A stretch of DNA of 64,000 bases from the NCBI GenBank assembly GCA_002633005.1, contig NMRA01000287.1:256457-320456 (forward strand). The letters run 5' to 3'. The position numbers and the translations under genes are program-made. Under the pieces are notes generated by a model. That model was not told where the DNA came from, searched no databases, and saw only the letters and a program-made list of their open reading frames with translations. Positions 51,401 through 63,601 of this stretch are shown piece after piece (the first letter of the stretch is position 1; each line of letters starts with the position of its first letter). Source of the stretch: Phoronis australis. Its lineage: Eukaryota; Animalia; Phoronida.

Positions 51401-54400
51401 AACTATGATATTTCACGATGGTCCTTCGAGCGGTATGGATAAGAGAGGCGTACAACACAAAAGACACGGACGCAATAAAAATGTCCCACGGGTTAATAAA
51501 ACAAGCAGAGTTAACCTGAGTATGGTTAGTTGTGGTAATCGGTAGAAAAATACTTCTTGAATTCAATAAAATTCGGTCATTTTAAAACGCACGATTATAA
51601 GGATCTTTGAATATGTCGTTCAAGAAACATGGGAAATATATTGATGAAAACTTTACTAGATGTTGTCAATAACACGTCACGAAATTTTTTCAAAGAAGTG
51701 CAGTGGTCTTGAAAAGTGCTGGACGATGAGTCAAACACTGGATTAAGTGACCAATAAAATGTATGCTTAACCTTGCTGAGCAATGTATAATCTTAAGTTT
51801 AATCGTCAAATTTTGAGAAATGCCTTTTATCCATGTGACTAAGTACATGTAGAAAGAGAAGACTGAAAGACGGGAAAGTGGAGAACACTTAAATACAAAA
51901 TTTTTACGCCTTCAAAATTTTAAAATAAAATTCGACAATCAAAAATTTTAATACCATGTGATTAAAGTACTATATTGTATTGTGTCTTCGTTACTCTAAG
52001 TAATATTTTCGGAGTATGAATGCTTTTAATGAAGTAAAAATCAACACGGGAGAGTAACAGCCTTTCAGAGTAAAGGTCCTTCAGCACATGTAACATTTGG
52101 AATTATAGCTCGATTCTATTCTAATTTTGAAATATCCAAATGGCTTGAACAGGCCTAAAAGTAACACATTTGGCTCATTTTATTGATGGAAGCGACCACA
52201 AGACTGCTCATTAGGAACAATTAATTCGTAAGAGATTTGCAGTTATAACAAGAACTCTACAGGTGTTGAAAAAAATGTTGTTAAGACTTGTCGGGCGTAT
52301 TTTCTAGCCAACACTCAGCCCTAATATCACCAGTTATATACTGTACAACGTTAATTCCATATTAGACGAAAACATTGGCATACCTCCACGTTTTCCGTTT
52401 CCAGTTGGCTGATTGGTACCTGTAAACCATAATTTAGTTTTACAATAAACATTGCTGTCTATAAATGAAAGTTGTTCTGACAACAATGAAAGATGCGAGT
52501 GGCGAAACATACTGAGTACGTACAAGTACAAAATAAAACGTACATGTATGGGATGTCTACTGCTTCCAATTTGCTCTTATGTTAGAGAAGTACCGTTTTT
52601 AGAATCGTTGCCACAAAGGAATTCCCCATTTTTACTATCAAAAACAACGTTTTTGTAGCCTGGCGCTTCCACAAAACTGGACTTCCACACGTCCTCTCTT
52701 GTTTCCTAAGCTGTTATTCGACTCCAAATTCGAGGGCATTGTTATCTCGTGATTCAACTTAATTAGATTAAACAACAACAGTGATCCAGCCTCCAACTCT
52801 CAGCTCTGGGACCGAGGAGGCATGTCTTTTCTTCAGACACAGGTTTCCTTTGACGGCGCACTCAGAGTTAGCACACTATAACGACTCGCTCTTCTTTCTT
52901 TTGGAACCACAATGGTTGATTTCTGGCAACTTTTGACGTGGCTTCACCTGAGAACACTTGCGACATTCTCTGGCCAGGTATCCAGCTTCGTGGCAGAAGC
53001 ACAATTTTCTCTGTAAGATCAGTTTTTTCTGGTCGACCATCATGCTATCTGTCTTGACTGGTTGTTCTAGGGACCTTTCATTGACGAATTAGTGCTCTTG
53101 ATAGCCACGCAATGGGCCTCAACAAACATCAAGCTCACTATCTCTGATACAGACCTGGGTGTCGGATGAGTAGACCTGTTTACTTACTGTTGTCGGACCA
53201 ACAGGTCTCTCAACTCAGCGAAATCTTTGCTGCGGTGGGTTACTGATAAGCAATCATGTCTCCTTCAGCACTCGCCTCCCGGAACTGTCTGCAAAAAACC
53301 TCCCCAGTCAGTTCATACCACTTGAACAAGTCCCTTTGGAATGTATCAGAGTCCAATGCATCGGCCATTGGCGGCGGGTGTAAAGTTGTAAGCCTTCGTC
53401 TGTTAACAGGGGAACTAAACTAGTTGCCCATCACTTGGGCCCAACCCTGGCTCTCGGCATTTTCCTCCAAATCGTTCCAGGAAGTTATCCATATCGCCCC
53501 AATTTTCATCAAATTCAGGCTGCTTCGATTTGACAACATCAGTTGCCCTCACAATGTTACCCTTAGCTGCACCCTGCCAAGCTTTCAGCGCTTCTTGCTT
53601 ACTCTCGAATTCCATTCTTTTTTCTCCATCTAATCTCCGTCTTCGAGGGCTTACCTTCTCTCCTGTGTCTCACAAGCTGGCATATCTCGGGCTTCCTGTC
53701 TTTTCTGTCCACAGAATGTTTCAAATTGTCACCCTACAGACCTATTTCTTGTCCGAGGACCACCGATTCGATTAGTTGTGATCTTATCTCCAAGGTGAGT
53801 CGCTAATTCCGTCCGTGAACGCTTGGGTGCTCGTCAAGTGTCACGATTTTCCCATGGGTGGGTGGCCGCAGGTTGTTACTGACCGGGGATAATAGGCATC
53901 GGTGCGATGATAGACCGAATACTGCTTCGAATTAATCACTTTATTAACCTCGACCGTAAGTTCACAAATCTACTCAAACAAAACGTCCGACGTAATGTCC
54001 GTATTGTGCTGCGAAGTCTTGACTGGAGTTGAGCTTCTGCAACTAGTTGATTTAATAACCTCCTGTCTCCTTAAAGAGTTCCCACCATGACCCTGTGTCT
54101 CAAAAAGGAATTTTATTATTACATCTTAACAGATTTAATAGCCTTTAGTACACCTGTTGCTACGAAACAATCTAAAAATTTTAAAAATATATTTTTCTGT
54201 TATCGAGTGTGTACGCAATGGGTGGAAGACCGCCTCAGCCGTTGTTGTTTTACCAGTGCGATACTGAGGAGTGAAGAAAGTCCGCGTGGAGCCGTCTTTT
54301 TCAGACATGAAAAGGTGCGTTTGTGGAAACTGTGGTAACAACAACTTGACTGTGAACGTCATAGTGTTCAAATTTCCTAAATACGTGAAAGTTGCACAAA

Positions 54401-57400
54401 ATTGGCATCGGTTTGTCATGGGCGGCGCACCATAGGGGCCTAGGGTAGGGCTATAGCCCCCACTTTTTCAGGGCTAAGCCGCCCATGGTTTATAGGCGAT
54501 GTAACACAGGAGGGCTGGGGGGGGGGGGGGGTTNGGGGGGGGGGGGGGGGGGGGGGGGGTTAGCCCCCACTTTTTTCAGTGCTGCGCCACCCATGATTGT
54601 GCGTCGAACAAGAGTGTGGAGTGTCAGTGTGGAATATGAGATTCAGTTTGGCGTAAGCCACACTTTGATCGTCACATTTCAAAGAATCGTGTTTCGACCA
54701 CACACATCAGCGGGGTTACAATGAATGACTCACCACCAAGTAAGTGCATGTGAAAATTTTGTAAATAACGAACAAACTGCTTCCATTCTAGGGCGAGTGA
54801 TGCCAGGCCCTGGACCCTGGCCCAGATCAAGTGCTACTACAAGTAGGCTTACATGTATGCATATTGTGTTTAGACTGTGCTCATTCCATCACGGCAATAG
54901 TGAATACGAGTAACCCAGGTTGGCTGTGGCTTTTGTCAGTAATTATTAAGTGTCTATTTTGTGAGTTGTGACCACCACTTGGTAGAGTTGTTTGTGGCTC
55001 ACATATGTCATTTCTCGTGCAAGTGGGTCGAGTTCATACGGCCTGAAACCCGACGAAAGTTCGCTAAATGGGAAATCGAATTCATTGTCTGATTCTTCAA
55101 GTACTTGAGTATAAGTGCCAGTATCCACTCTCCTCTCTGTCTGCATAATAATTGTCCAATTCTCGCCTAATATTGTCATTGTCTTCTGACCTGCGGTGTT
55201 CCGACATTGCAAATGATTGTCAAGCAGCCAACCGTCTTCCACCCATTGCATCATTTGGCGGGAAACTTAGAAATAAGTAATTTTTCTTCAAAATTAAAAA
55301 AGTTGGCACTATTTGGCATAAAAAGTGCCTATTTAGCAAGATTGTATGGTATTCAATTCATATTACCTAACTGAAACCTGAAATAGTAAGAAAATGCATG
55401 GTGGGAACTCTTTAACTAACTATCTATTTAGTAACGATATAACTCCTGATTCTGTAACAGCTACCCGACTGTAACATTAACTCGGCTCGACTTCAACATA
55501 CTTAACTCCAACTTCAATTGGATTTAATTGACTTTAAATTACCTGTCATTAACCGTGCCTTGATAGTCTCTTACAATGTTCTGGAACTTTTAACCAATTC
55601 AAGCATATTTTAGAACTTTCCGGAATCTACATAATCATTCTGCAAACCTAGACTGTAGAATGTTTCGGACTATGGCAGTGGGGATCTACAGGGGGGAGGG
55701 GTTCAGGGGGTTTAAACCCCCCCTCGGGCCAGGACCCAAAAATTAAAAAAAAAACGTCTCCAGCAAAACAAAAACGGCACCGCCAGGGTTAGTAAACCCC
55801 AAGTAAACCAACTTGGAAAAAAGGAGGAGGTGTTCATTCCGAAAATATATGTTTTGCATTGTGAATTGCTGTTATGAAAATCAACGCATTTTGAGTCTTC
55901 GTGGCTCATCAGCAAAACCCCGCTTCCGTCGACACTTCTGAAGTAGCCAAGCTTTTTAGATGGATCCACCGCTGAAGAGCAGCTCTATAGATGATTTCTT
56001 TAGGTAACTACTTTCTTTACTCTAAGATATGTTTTGATTTGATTAGGGGAAAATACTGTGGTGCCGCAACCATGATTCAGGCGAATTGACGTGCAACGTT
56101 TTTACCTCATCTGTCATGCCGTGTCATACTATTACACCCCACACGTTTGTAACTCGAATTTGACAGGTGTATAGTAAAGTTGTCTTGCGCAACATCATAC
56201 GGTGTACATGTACATGTACATGTAATACTTTTGAAAAAAAATCGTTTAACGAAGAATTGCTATTGTGGCGGGCGCCGTGGTCTGGTCGCGAGTCTGTTTG
56301 AAGATGCACTCTAACAAGTTATGTCTATACGAGGAATGACCAAGGGGGCACTCACATTGACAAAGTGACCGCATTCGCGAACAGTGTAGGCTACAGTACC
56401 AGAAATTGCGGGGAGGCTGTATTTTCACAACAAAGTCTTGCGGGACTCGTGCGATGTTCAATAGGCCTCCTAAGGAGCCCTTGTTCCGACCTCAATACCT
56501 ACCGTCTTTCTACCTGCAATAAGCACCACTGCCGTTTTCTATACTGGGAATTTCCGCAGAAAGGCCCACCCGACGAAACGCCCATGCCCATGGGCATTTA
56601 TTTGATGTTAGTACTTCGGGTTTCAAGCGTTCAGACATTGGGACGTTTATTTAGAAAATTGCAAGAGATGCAAATGGGTCCTGGCCCCTGGGATACATCG
56701 TCAAGGTCTGGAGTAGTTCACGATGAACGGTTCAAATTTAGTTGCGCGTGCTGTAAGTCTTTGGAATGGATTTGGTAATCTCGGGGGGCTTAGTGCCAAC
56801 TGAGCNATCCGCTGGATAGTTATCCGAACCTTATCCAAGCTTTGTGCAACCCAAATTTATACGCCGGATAACTATCCGGCGTATAAATCTTATCCGGCGT
56901 ATAAGCTCTTATCCGCTGGATAGTTATACAGACTTTTATGCAACCGGGCCCAGATGTATGTGTAAACTACACGTATGAGCAACCACTGGGGATTAAAAAG
57001 TGTCTAGAGAGAAGTTTTCAATTCAAAGCTTTTTGTAAAGTACGCTTTAGGTCTCGCGACGAACCAGGCCAGCTTGATTTGTGTATATGTCCAGTTTCAG
57101 TGTACTTCTGGTCCCTCGGCGAACTATCTAGTCTTGTGATGTTTTTACCAAAGTGTGCTTTGTAAAACTATTTATCTCAGCCAGTACTGTTTGGTCCCGC
57201 GACAGATCGACTATTTTTATAGAGATAATAAGCATAGGTGTACTTTTGGTCTCGTGACGGACCAGGCCGGAGTTTTTGTGTACTCTCAGTGTACATCTGA
57301 TCCCTCTGCAAACTGCTCTTGTATATCTTTTCACCAAGGTATATAGAATGTTATGGTTTCGTGAAACTGTTTTCAGATGATTTGTTTCCTGATACATTTT

Positions 57401-60400
57401 ACGTTTTTTCAATTGTTGTCAACGTGATTCAGCGTAATAAAGTGATACTTAATTATTTATTGTCGCTTTTAATAATAGACTATGAGCTGAGAGCACCATC
57501 GTTCGCCAGTTTTTCTCGTAAAGAGACAGAACACATGTTTATTTCCGAACTAACAGTACAGGCCTTCGTTCTTAAACAACTTGAGGCTGCTGTTACACGA
57601 TCATCTGATATTCAAGTTTTTACACCCCTTCGGTGCTCCTTATGCTCTTGAATATTTGGTAGTTGTCTCAGCCCCTGTATACACACCACACTTTTTCGTA
57701 TACTAAAAAGGTGTGCGTAAACAGGTGTTCAAACAAAAATTTTTGCCGGTGGTGGGACTCATACCCAGATGTGGACAAATATGGTTTCACGAAACTTATG
57801 AGCCAAGTTCATGTGACGAAATCGAGAAGGGTTTTTAATTATCTTAAGAAAAACTCCAGAGACATCAGTGTTAAGTGCCAGAAACGTACCAGGATGCATG
57901 GAAATTTCACTGTTTGGCTGCAAAAACAAAAAGTTGTCTTACACAACCCCCCTCCCCGACCTCCCCCCCGCCCGCTCGGCGCCACGCGCTTCGGATTCGA
58001 CCTTTGCGGGAATCCTAAGCCCCCCCTTACTGAAAACGTAGATCCGCCACTGTATGGTTCTATATTAATCACTAGTAAGTAAACTGGACTGGTCTAGAAT
58101 CTTGTCTATTATTCTAATATAAATTATATCATCACTGGTTTGACATAATGGATCATGTCTATCAAGTGCTACGTGCTATCTGCAAGTAAACTTAACAGTG
58201 TTAGTCTACTTCATACAAAAAGCAAATAAAACTAAAAAATATGAAGAATCCGACAAAACTCGACGATTTTAAGGACCGTTTTTGACCTTGACATGCTGGT
58301 TTCGACCTAAGATTCTAAATGTTGACCTGGTTTGGAAGTCAAAATTACTTACATGGAACTTTTTCCTTGTGTCAAAGGCTGCGTTACGTACGTATATACG
58401 AAAGCTGGAAAAATCTTACTATTTCGCACTGCCTACACTTAAGAAAATACAATACAATGCAGGCCAGTAGCCACCGTTGTGCAGAGGGTTGTTCGAATTA
58501 CTAAACAGGTGCAAGTTTTGGTCTGTTCCTGTGTCACACTCTTGTCCCCAGTGCTAAGAAACTTTCAATGTCAACTCACTTATAATTTTTATCTCGTTTT
58601 TCCCCGTGTGTGGGTGGGCGCAGGTTGTTACAGACCGGTGCTAATAGCTTTCGGTGCGATGATAGACTGAAGACTGGTTCGAGTTAATCCTTTATTAATC
58701 CCGACCGTACGTTCACAAGCCTACTCAAACAAAACGTCTGACGTAATGTCTGTTTATGCTCCAGCCAGTGCTGAGAAGCCTAGACTTGTGATGAACTTCT
58801 GGGACACGTTCAGCAACTGTTACACTCGTCGATTCAATAACCTGCTGTCTGTATAGCTGGCTCTCTATTGACTATCGCTGTAACTGCTGATTCTCTTCAC
58901 TGCAACTCAACTGTAATTCCCCTGATTAACTTTCTTGAACTTCCGGTGAACTGGTTTAATCTTTCATGAACTGACTTGATCTGACTAACACAAACCCGTG
59001 CTAGTGTATTTATAGCCTAATGCATGGTTCTAGAACTTTTCATCAATTCATCGACAAGCACATTCACAGTTTTCCTGAATCTACCCAATCATTCTACAAA
59101 CACATACTAGTCTCTAGAATATTCCAGACTGCATCAATCACTGTCATACTAGAGTCTTCTAGAAAGTTCCACACTATACTGTAGTAAACAAATAACATCA
59201 TCACTGTACTTAACTCAGGGGTCATGCCAATCAAACAGAATAACAAAACAATACAATACAATACAACTAAAACTACTGTCAGACTATATTCTGACAGGGA
59301 CATTGAATTGACGGTTGTGATGTGCGGTGCCATAACGGAAAGTTTAATGGCAATGTTGCAACTGGTCATAACAAGGTAAATAGTGGTTTTATGCACATTA
59401 ACACTGTTAGTAAATAAAGCGTCCAGTAATCGTCTGCACGAACCTGTCATCCACCCAATCACATCGCCACTTGGCGAAGTTCGCCGGATACGGCGCTAAG
59501 TGATTACATAGGCAAAATCAAACGTAGTTTCAACTTGATTGTTATTGTAGTTAGTAATACCAATACACGGGCGGCTCACCATAGGGGACTGGGGGGCTAT
59601 AGCCCCCACTGTTTTCAGTGCTACGCCACACATAGGCTATAGGAGGCGCACCACGGGGGGCTGAAGGAGCTTGACCCCCCAATTGTCTCTGTGCTGCGTT
59701 GCCTATGCAATAATAACTGCAACACTTGTGGTGTTGGTGCTGCTCATCTCTATCCCATTCAAAACGGATGTGCTAGGGCTAAACTTTTTGCGAGGGGAGT
59801 TCGATCGAACCCGGCTACGGGACTGCAAAACAATATTTTGTTCAACACAACTCGACTTAAATTGCATCAACTGAGCACTGTACAGTAACTGATACCCGAT
59901 TAATTCATAATGTTGCCTAATGCTTAGCGTTGCCTACTGCATAGTGTTGACTAATACATAGTGTTGCCTAATGCACAGTGTTGCCTAATGCATAGTGTTG
60001 CCTAATGCATAGTGTTGCCTAATGCATAGTGTTGACTAATGCATAGTGTTGCCTAATGCATAGTGTTGCCTAATGCATAGTGTTGCCTAATGCAGAGTGT
60101 TGCCTAATGCATAGTGTTGCCTAATGCATAGTGATGCCTAATGCATACACATGTAGTGTTGCTTAATGCACAGTGTTGCCTAAAATAGGCAAAGTATTTT
60201 AACACAACTTAATCGTAACTTACCAGTCACCTTAATGGTCGCCGTTTCAGCTGAGTAAGTAGCTTGCCTGTTGGACACTTGACATCTGAACTGTACACCG
60301 TTGTCAGTTAGATTCAAGTTGACAGTCAGTGTGCTGGTGCCGCTGGTAGATCCATCGGTATTGTTGGTGGTACCTGACTTAACATTACCGGCTATGTTTG

Positions 60401-63400
60401 TGAACTCCGCGTTGCCAGTCCGACGTGACCACACCATAGATGCTTGTGGTCTGCCCAAGTTGGCTGTGCAGGTTAGGTTAGTCGGTCCTGCTCCTCCCAG
60501 TACAGGCTCAGTCGGGGCACCAGATATAGAAGGTCTACTTGGGAGGACTGGAGAAACAGGAACAGACGTATTAAAGCACTAAGCTACTTGCCTTGTTTCA
60601 ACTGCATGAAGCCACCGGGACACTTACACGGTGCTTTGACTCGCACTAGCACCCATTTTGTCATAAGAAAGCGCGCTATTTCAGCAAATTGTAAGTATTT
60701 GCGCACTTTTTACATACAGTTCATGTGTTGCAATGACACGCAAAAGGTTGGGCATTGGTGAAGTTAATGGAACGTTTTCCAAACAAGACCTACCCAGTCA
60801 CAGATTTGCTTGAACATTAGGCGCCATATTGTTTATAAAAGGTTTCATTATTGGCAACCGAATTGATTTACGGCCTAACAAAGATAACGTTCATCGTGTT
60901 ACCAGACTAATTTAAACTTTCACACATGGGCAACTATTCTGCCGACGGAGTTGGTATTACATTAGTTTCGTTATTATAGTCCAATTGTTATGTTTAAACT
61001 TACTTCAGTATTAGAATGGAGAAATTCTTCAAAATGTCATCCGGCAAACGCAAAAAATCAAAGATGTATTCATTTTCTTTATACAGTAAGGTACAGCCCA
61101 AAACCTTTAGAACCACCAGTCCTAAAAGACTTGGTTGGGCATCCTAGGGTTTTATGAGATATGAGCTAAATTACAAACTACATGTATACTGTGTTATATT
61201 TGATAAGTTCGAATTTTCAAACGAGCGTTTTAAATTTGATTGAATTCCATTAGAAGTTACATGTACATGGCATTAGGAGTACATAAAATGCCGTCATTAT
61301 AAATGTTTTGAGCTGATTCTGATAATGAAAGTTAAGAAGTAGCCTCGAAAAATATCCAACTTGAGCCAGCTTTGAACATAATATTTCAGTAATGGCTGAT
61401 CAGATTTTAAGTCTAAATTGTGTTCAAGTCATGTTTTGTAACTTATTGCTTTCTTAATTCAGGTTATCAAGTCAACAATATGAAGAATCTTGATGAGAGA
61501 AATAAGCTATGTTGGATTGTGAAACTTCAAGCCTCCAATTCTTGTTCCTTGCAACTTCGTATTTTTTTAAATCACGCTTGTCAAATTCTGGTGTAAGGGA
61601 AAACTATTCGGTCACCAAGGTAATATATACATGTATGTCCACTGTCATATCATGGAAACTTGTGCTGTTGAATAGTGTTTGTAATGCTTAAATGTTGTAT
61701 TGTGCATTTTAAGTTACTTACTATGGTAAAAGGTTGAATCATTTTGGCTTAATGAATAAAAAAGTATAGCATTTTGTATTGGGCTTTTCTGTATGTGCTC
61801 GAACGAGCCCCGTATTTGGGAAATGGAAAAAGGTTTGCCTCAGTCAGAGAAGCCCGAACTCCGAAAAAAGTAGAAAACGGAACAAGTCCACTAAAAGACA
61901 GGAATTAACAAAATTTAGCGTCTGCAATTCATAGCTCTGAACATACCTGGTGAATCTTATAGTAAAAGGTAGACATTCCTAAAAATTCCAGCCCCCATTT
62001 TTTAGGCTTGGTGCGCTCATGCAAAGTCTGGGCAAATCTCTGTTGACAACTTTGCACAGTTCTAAATAAACTTCGTTTGAGCGAGCGCTGTGACCAGGAA
62101 GGCCCAAGCAATGGAGGATTTAGGAGTGGGGGCAAGGGGGCCATACCCCCTCCCTGAAATTCTTCCAGATACCATTTGGCAGTTCGGGTGCGAATTGCTG
62201 ACAAGTACATGTGCGCAAACAGGGGGGCTCGGAGGGGGGAGGGTGAATAAACAATGTATAGGCCATGAAAAACCCCGTTTACCTTTTTTAGTGAAAAGGT
62301 CCACAAACCCAAAAATTCGAGACCTCCTGCATCCCTACATTTTAGGCTCGGCGCGCGCATCTGCCGAAACTCTAGTGATTTCTGTGTTCTGCCCCCCCCT
62401 AACTCAAAATCTTGGTTCCGCTCCTGCTAAGGGTAGCCTTGGCGCAAAGCTGTATAGGCCTAACAAGCTGTATTTTGCCGGCACTGAGGCTAGCTAAGGG
62501 CTGCCGCGGCAGTGTTACACAGAAATAACCAGCCAGAAATTTTATGCAAGTGTCTGAAAATACTTTGAATATATACGGCATTTATGAATTGAACATTTTA
62601 ATTCGACAAAACAGCTTGCAGCCGCATGCCTATATCGTTCGACAGTGTCTTGTCTCAATCCGCACCGCCGGTCCGATAGGCTGCGGTCCCGAGTCTGGCA
62701 AAATAATTTTTGTCAAAATTAATCACCACATTTCTCCAGCAAATTCGACAAAATTTTCCTTATTTTGATTTCATTAAAATTAAGGCGCGCTGTCGATTAT
62801 TTTGCCCCCCTTTGCAGGCTGGTAACAGGCACTGCTCTAGTCGCACTGACGGCGTTTTCTTAGTTTGTGTTCCTGAATGAATTGTACTTCCGGGTTCGCG
62901 GTAAGTTCAAAATGGCAGCGTGTTCTTCGGGTGCGAATCGTGAGTGGCGCGTTTATTTAAGCTTTGTTCGATGACGGATTGTGTATTAGTTATGGGTTAG
63001 GTACTTCTCGGATCCTTATAACATCCTCTAACCCTGTAATAGGGGTTAACAACATGTGAGACCAGGACTTTAATCTAATGAAATTTGCATTTAACGCTTC
63101 TGCCCTGAGGGAAAAGCTGCTCAGCGTTATCCCCTACATGTTGAATAAATAGAATCAGATAAACAATGACAATTATAACTTTTGAACGAAATAACGTAAG
63201 AATCACAGCAGGTATGCCTAACAAACTCAACTTACGGTCCACAAAAATCTTGGTGTATGAATTTGCCGGTTCGCCTCTGGAAAGACCCACATACACTCTG
63301 TACAGGTTTTCATCACTAGCTGTAAGTTTTGACAAAGTCATGGTAAAGTCAGTCTTCTCTTCAGAGTAGTCAGTAGAAGCACGTGACTTATAGACGCCAA

Positions 63401-63601
63401 AAAACTTGCCCTTAGGTTTCCAGGTGTCGCCTTCGATTAAAGGGGCTTGAAACACACGGACTTCATCTGATATCTGCACCTTTATCGCATTCATATCTTC
63501 GCCACTCCCCAGTGTATAATTTATCCTGAACGTAACTTCTCCACCCTTCACACCAACGACTTCACTTGGTGACGTCACAGTGACGGCAGAAGCAACACCA
63601 T
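30173..63601 (-). CDS. Spliced Ig-superfamily cell-surface protein gene: IgV + IgC2 + micro-exon stalk + hydrophobic C-terminus (signal-peptide exon not found)
   Basis: Phase-1 symmetric exons 63601-63236 (366 nt), 60547-60224 (324 nt), 52419-52384 (36 nt), micro-exons in 46385-44694, and candidate last exon 30336-30173. Linking the last exon across a 14-kb TE-filled intron is inferred. Confidence 0.65.
31380..32150 (-). mobile_element. Highly decayed Penelope-like retroelement remnant
   Basis: [16 protein letters not shown]...GQLTS resembles the PLE RT thumb (MEIE....LPFLDV); [12 protein letters not shown] at ~31440-31475 resembles GIY-YIG (IPC.CG..YIGE). Confidence 0.5.
33530..35405 (-). 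mobile_element. 5'-truncated CR1/L2-group LINE, RT region (pseudogene)
   Basis: [14 protein letters not shown]; [21 protein letters not shown]...LYADDT; HRHLGILLD; C-terminal [18 protein letters not shown]; in-frame stops. Confidence 0.92.
36183..40148 (-). mobile_element. Ty3/Gypsy LTR retrotransposon with both LTRs, internally deleted and degenerate
   Basis: LTRs 36183-36333 and 39999-40148 (~150 bp, TG..CA); PBS TGGTGCCCGAGTGAGG; PPT AAAGGGGATG; gag CCHC remnant, protease, RT ([15 protein letters not shown]), integrase (36769-37332); RNase H region missing; near-TSD ATGC/CTGC. Confidence 0.93.
36434..36490. repeat. (TAAC)n microsatellite within the Gypsy 3' region
   Basis: About 14 copies, direct read. 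Confidence 0.9.
40668..44591 (-). mobile_element. Decayed Sola2-like DNA transposon with a Ulp1-like protease remnant
   Basis: Transposase motifs CVCSYH.NVRL, TC......[41 protein letters not shown]; [13 protein letters not shown] at ~41920-41960; degenerate ends GAGAAAATGCCGCGA / TCACGGAATTGCTC. Confidence 0.7.
44680..46440 (-). repeat. Satellite-like array of 8 units (~195-330 bp), each carrying a 36- or 41-nt micro-exon; includes a ~732-bp higher-order duplication
   Basis: Candidate exons 46350-46385, 46156-46191, 45959-45994, 45758-45798, 45426-45461, 45228-45263, 45026-45066, 44694-44729; consensus ag|ATACCACTAAGCCAACTGGAAATGGAGATGGTGGAG|gtatgt. Confidence 0.85.
44812..44960. repeat. ~25-bp minisatellite (TTACTGGCGTATTGTCTACCTAATA)n; second block at 45544-45692
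   Basis: About 6 copies per block, nested in the micro-exon satellite. Confidence 0.88.
48395..51262 (+). mobile_element. 5'-truncated Academ (AcademX-like) transposon remnant
   Basis: [24 protein letters not shown]; [12 protein letters not shown] and SRDT.DVLLLL (XPG/PIN-like); C-terminal CAC....[14 protein letters not shown]; right end ...TCTAGACTA. Confidence 0.75.
52384..52419 (-). CDS. 36-nt stalk micro-exon ([12 protein letters not shown])
   Basis: tttacag|GT...GGAG|gtatgc, phase 1-1; diverged homologue of the array units. Confidence 0.65.
54075..55411 (+). mobile_element. Non-autonomous Kolobok of a second family (THAP stub +, KolX-like stub -)
   Basis: TTAA|AGAGTTCCCACCATG...CATGGTGGGAACTCT|TTAA; [11 protein letters not shown]...VFKFPK....NWHRFV(RRTR) from 54307; GFRPYELDP on the minus strand at ~55020-55050. 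Confidence 0.85.
54417..54595. mobile_element. MITE inserted in the Kolobok THAP stub
   Basis: CATGGGCGGCGCA...TGCGCCACCCATG; TTTGT/ATTGT 5-bp TSD; removing it restores WHRFVRRTR. Confidence 0.75.
56775..56953. mobile_element. Small MITE with internal TTATCCG repeats
   Basis: Repeated palindromic TATCCGGCGTATAA/CGGATAA motifs, ending ...TGCAACCGGGCCCAG. Confidence 0.5.
58590..59296. mobile_element. Solo-LTR-like copy related to the LTR at 53839-55670
   Basis: Shared blocks GCAGGTTGTTAC.GACCGG...CTACTCAAACAAAACGTC.GACGTAATGTC and GGTTCTAGAACTTTT...AATCATTCT; ends approximate. Confidence 0.65.
59910..60182. repeat. 17-bp minisatellite (GCCTAATGCATAGTGTT)n
   Basis: About 15 copies, lying just past the IgC exon donor. 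Confidence 0.92.
60224..60547 (-). CDS. IgC2/C1-like domain exon
   Basis: ctccag acceptor, gtaagt donor; PSRPSISG...[20 protein letters not shown]...[24 protein letters not shown]...ATIKVT. Confidence 0.9.
62109..62426. mobile_element. GC-rich MITE
   Basis: CAATGGAGGATTTAGG...CTTGGTTCCGCTCCTG; CCAAG/CTAAG 5-bp TSD. Confidence 0.6.
63236..63601 (-). CDS. IgV-like domain exon lacking cysteines
   Basis: atttcag acceptor, gtaagt donor; [15 protein letters not shown]...YKSRAS...[20 protein letters not shown]...TKIFVD. V-set frame, with the D-x-x-x-Y-x-C Cys replaced by V. Confidence 0.85.

Larger units (their letters stand above)
52640..55670 (-). mobile_element. Gypsy gag remnant plus LTR; the LTR is interrupted by a Kolobok
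   Basis: [19 protein letters not shown] gag motif (53415-53615); [13 protein letters not shown] knuckle at ~52960-53000; LTR-like segment from 53839 (TGTCACG), homologous to 58600-59160. Confidence 0.65.

Noticed and set aside
59094-59462. Hydrophobic minus-strand ORF as the Ig gene TM exon
   Set aside because: Overlaps low-complexity LTR-like sequence and lacks a clear phase-1 splice pair.
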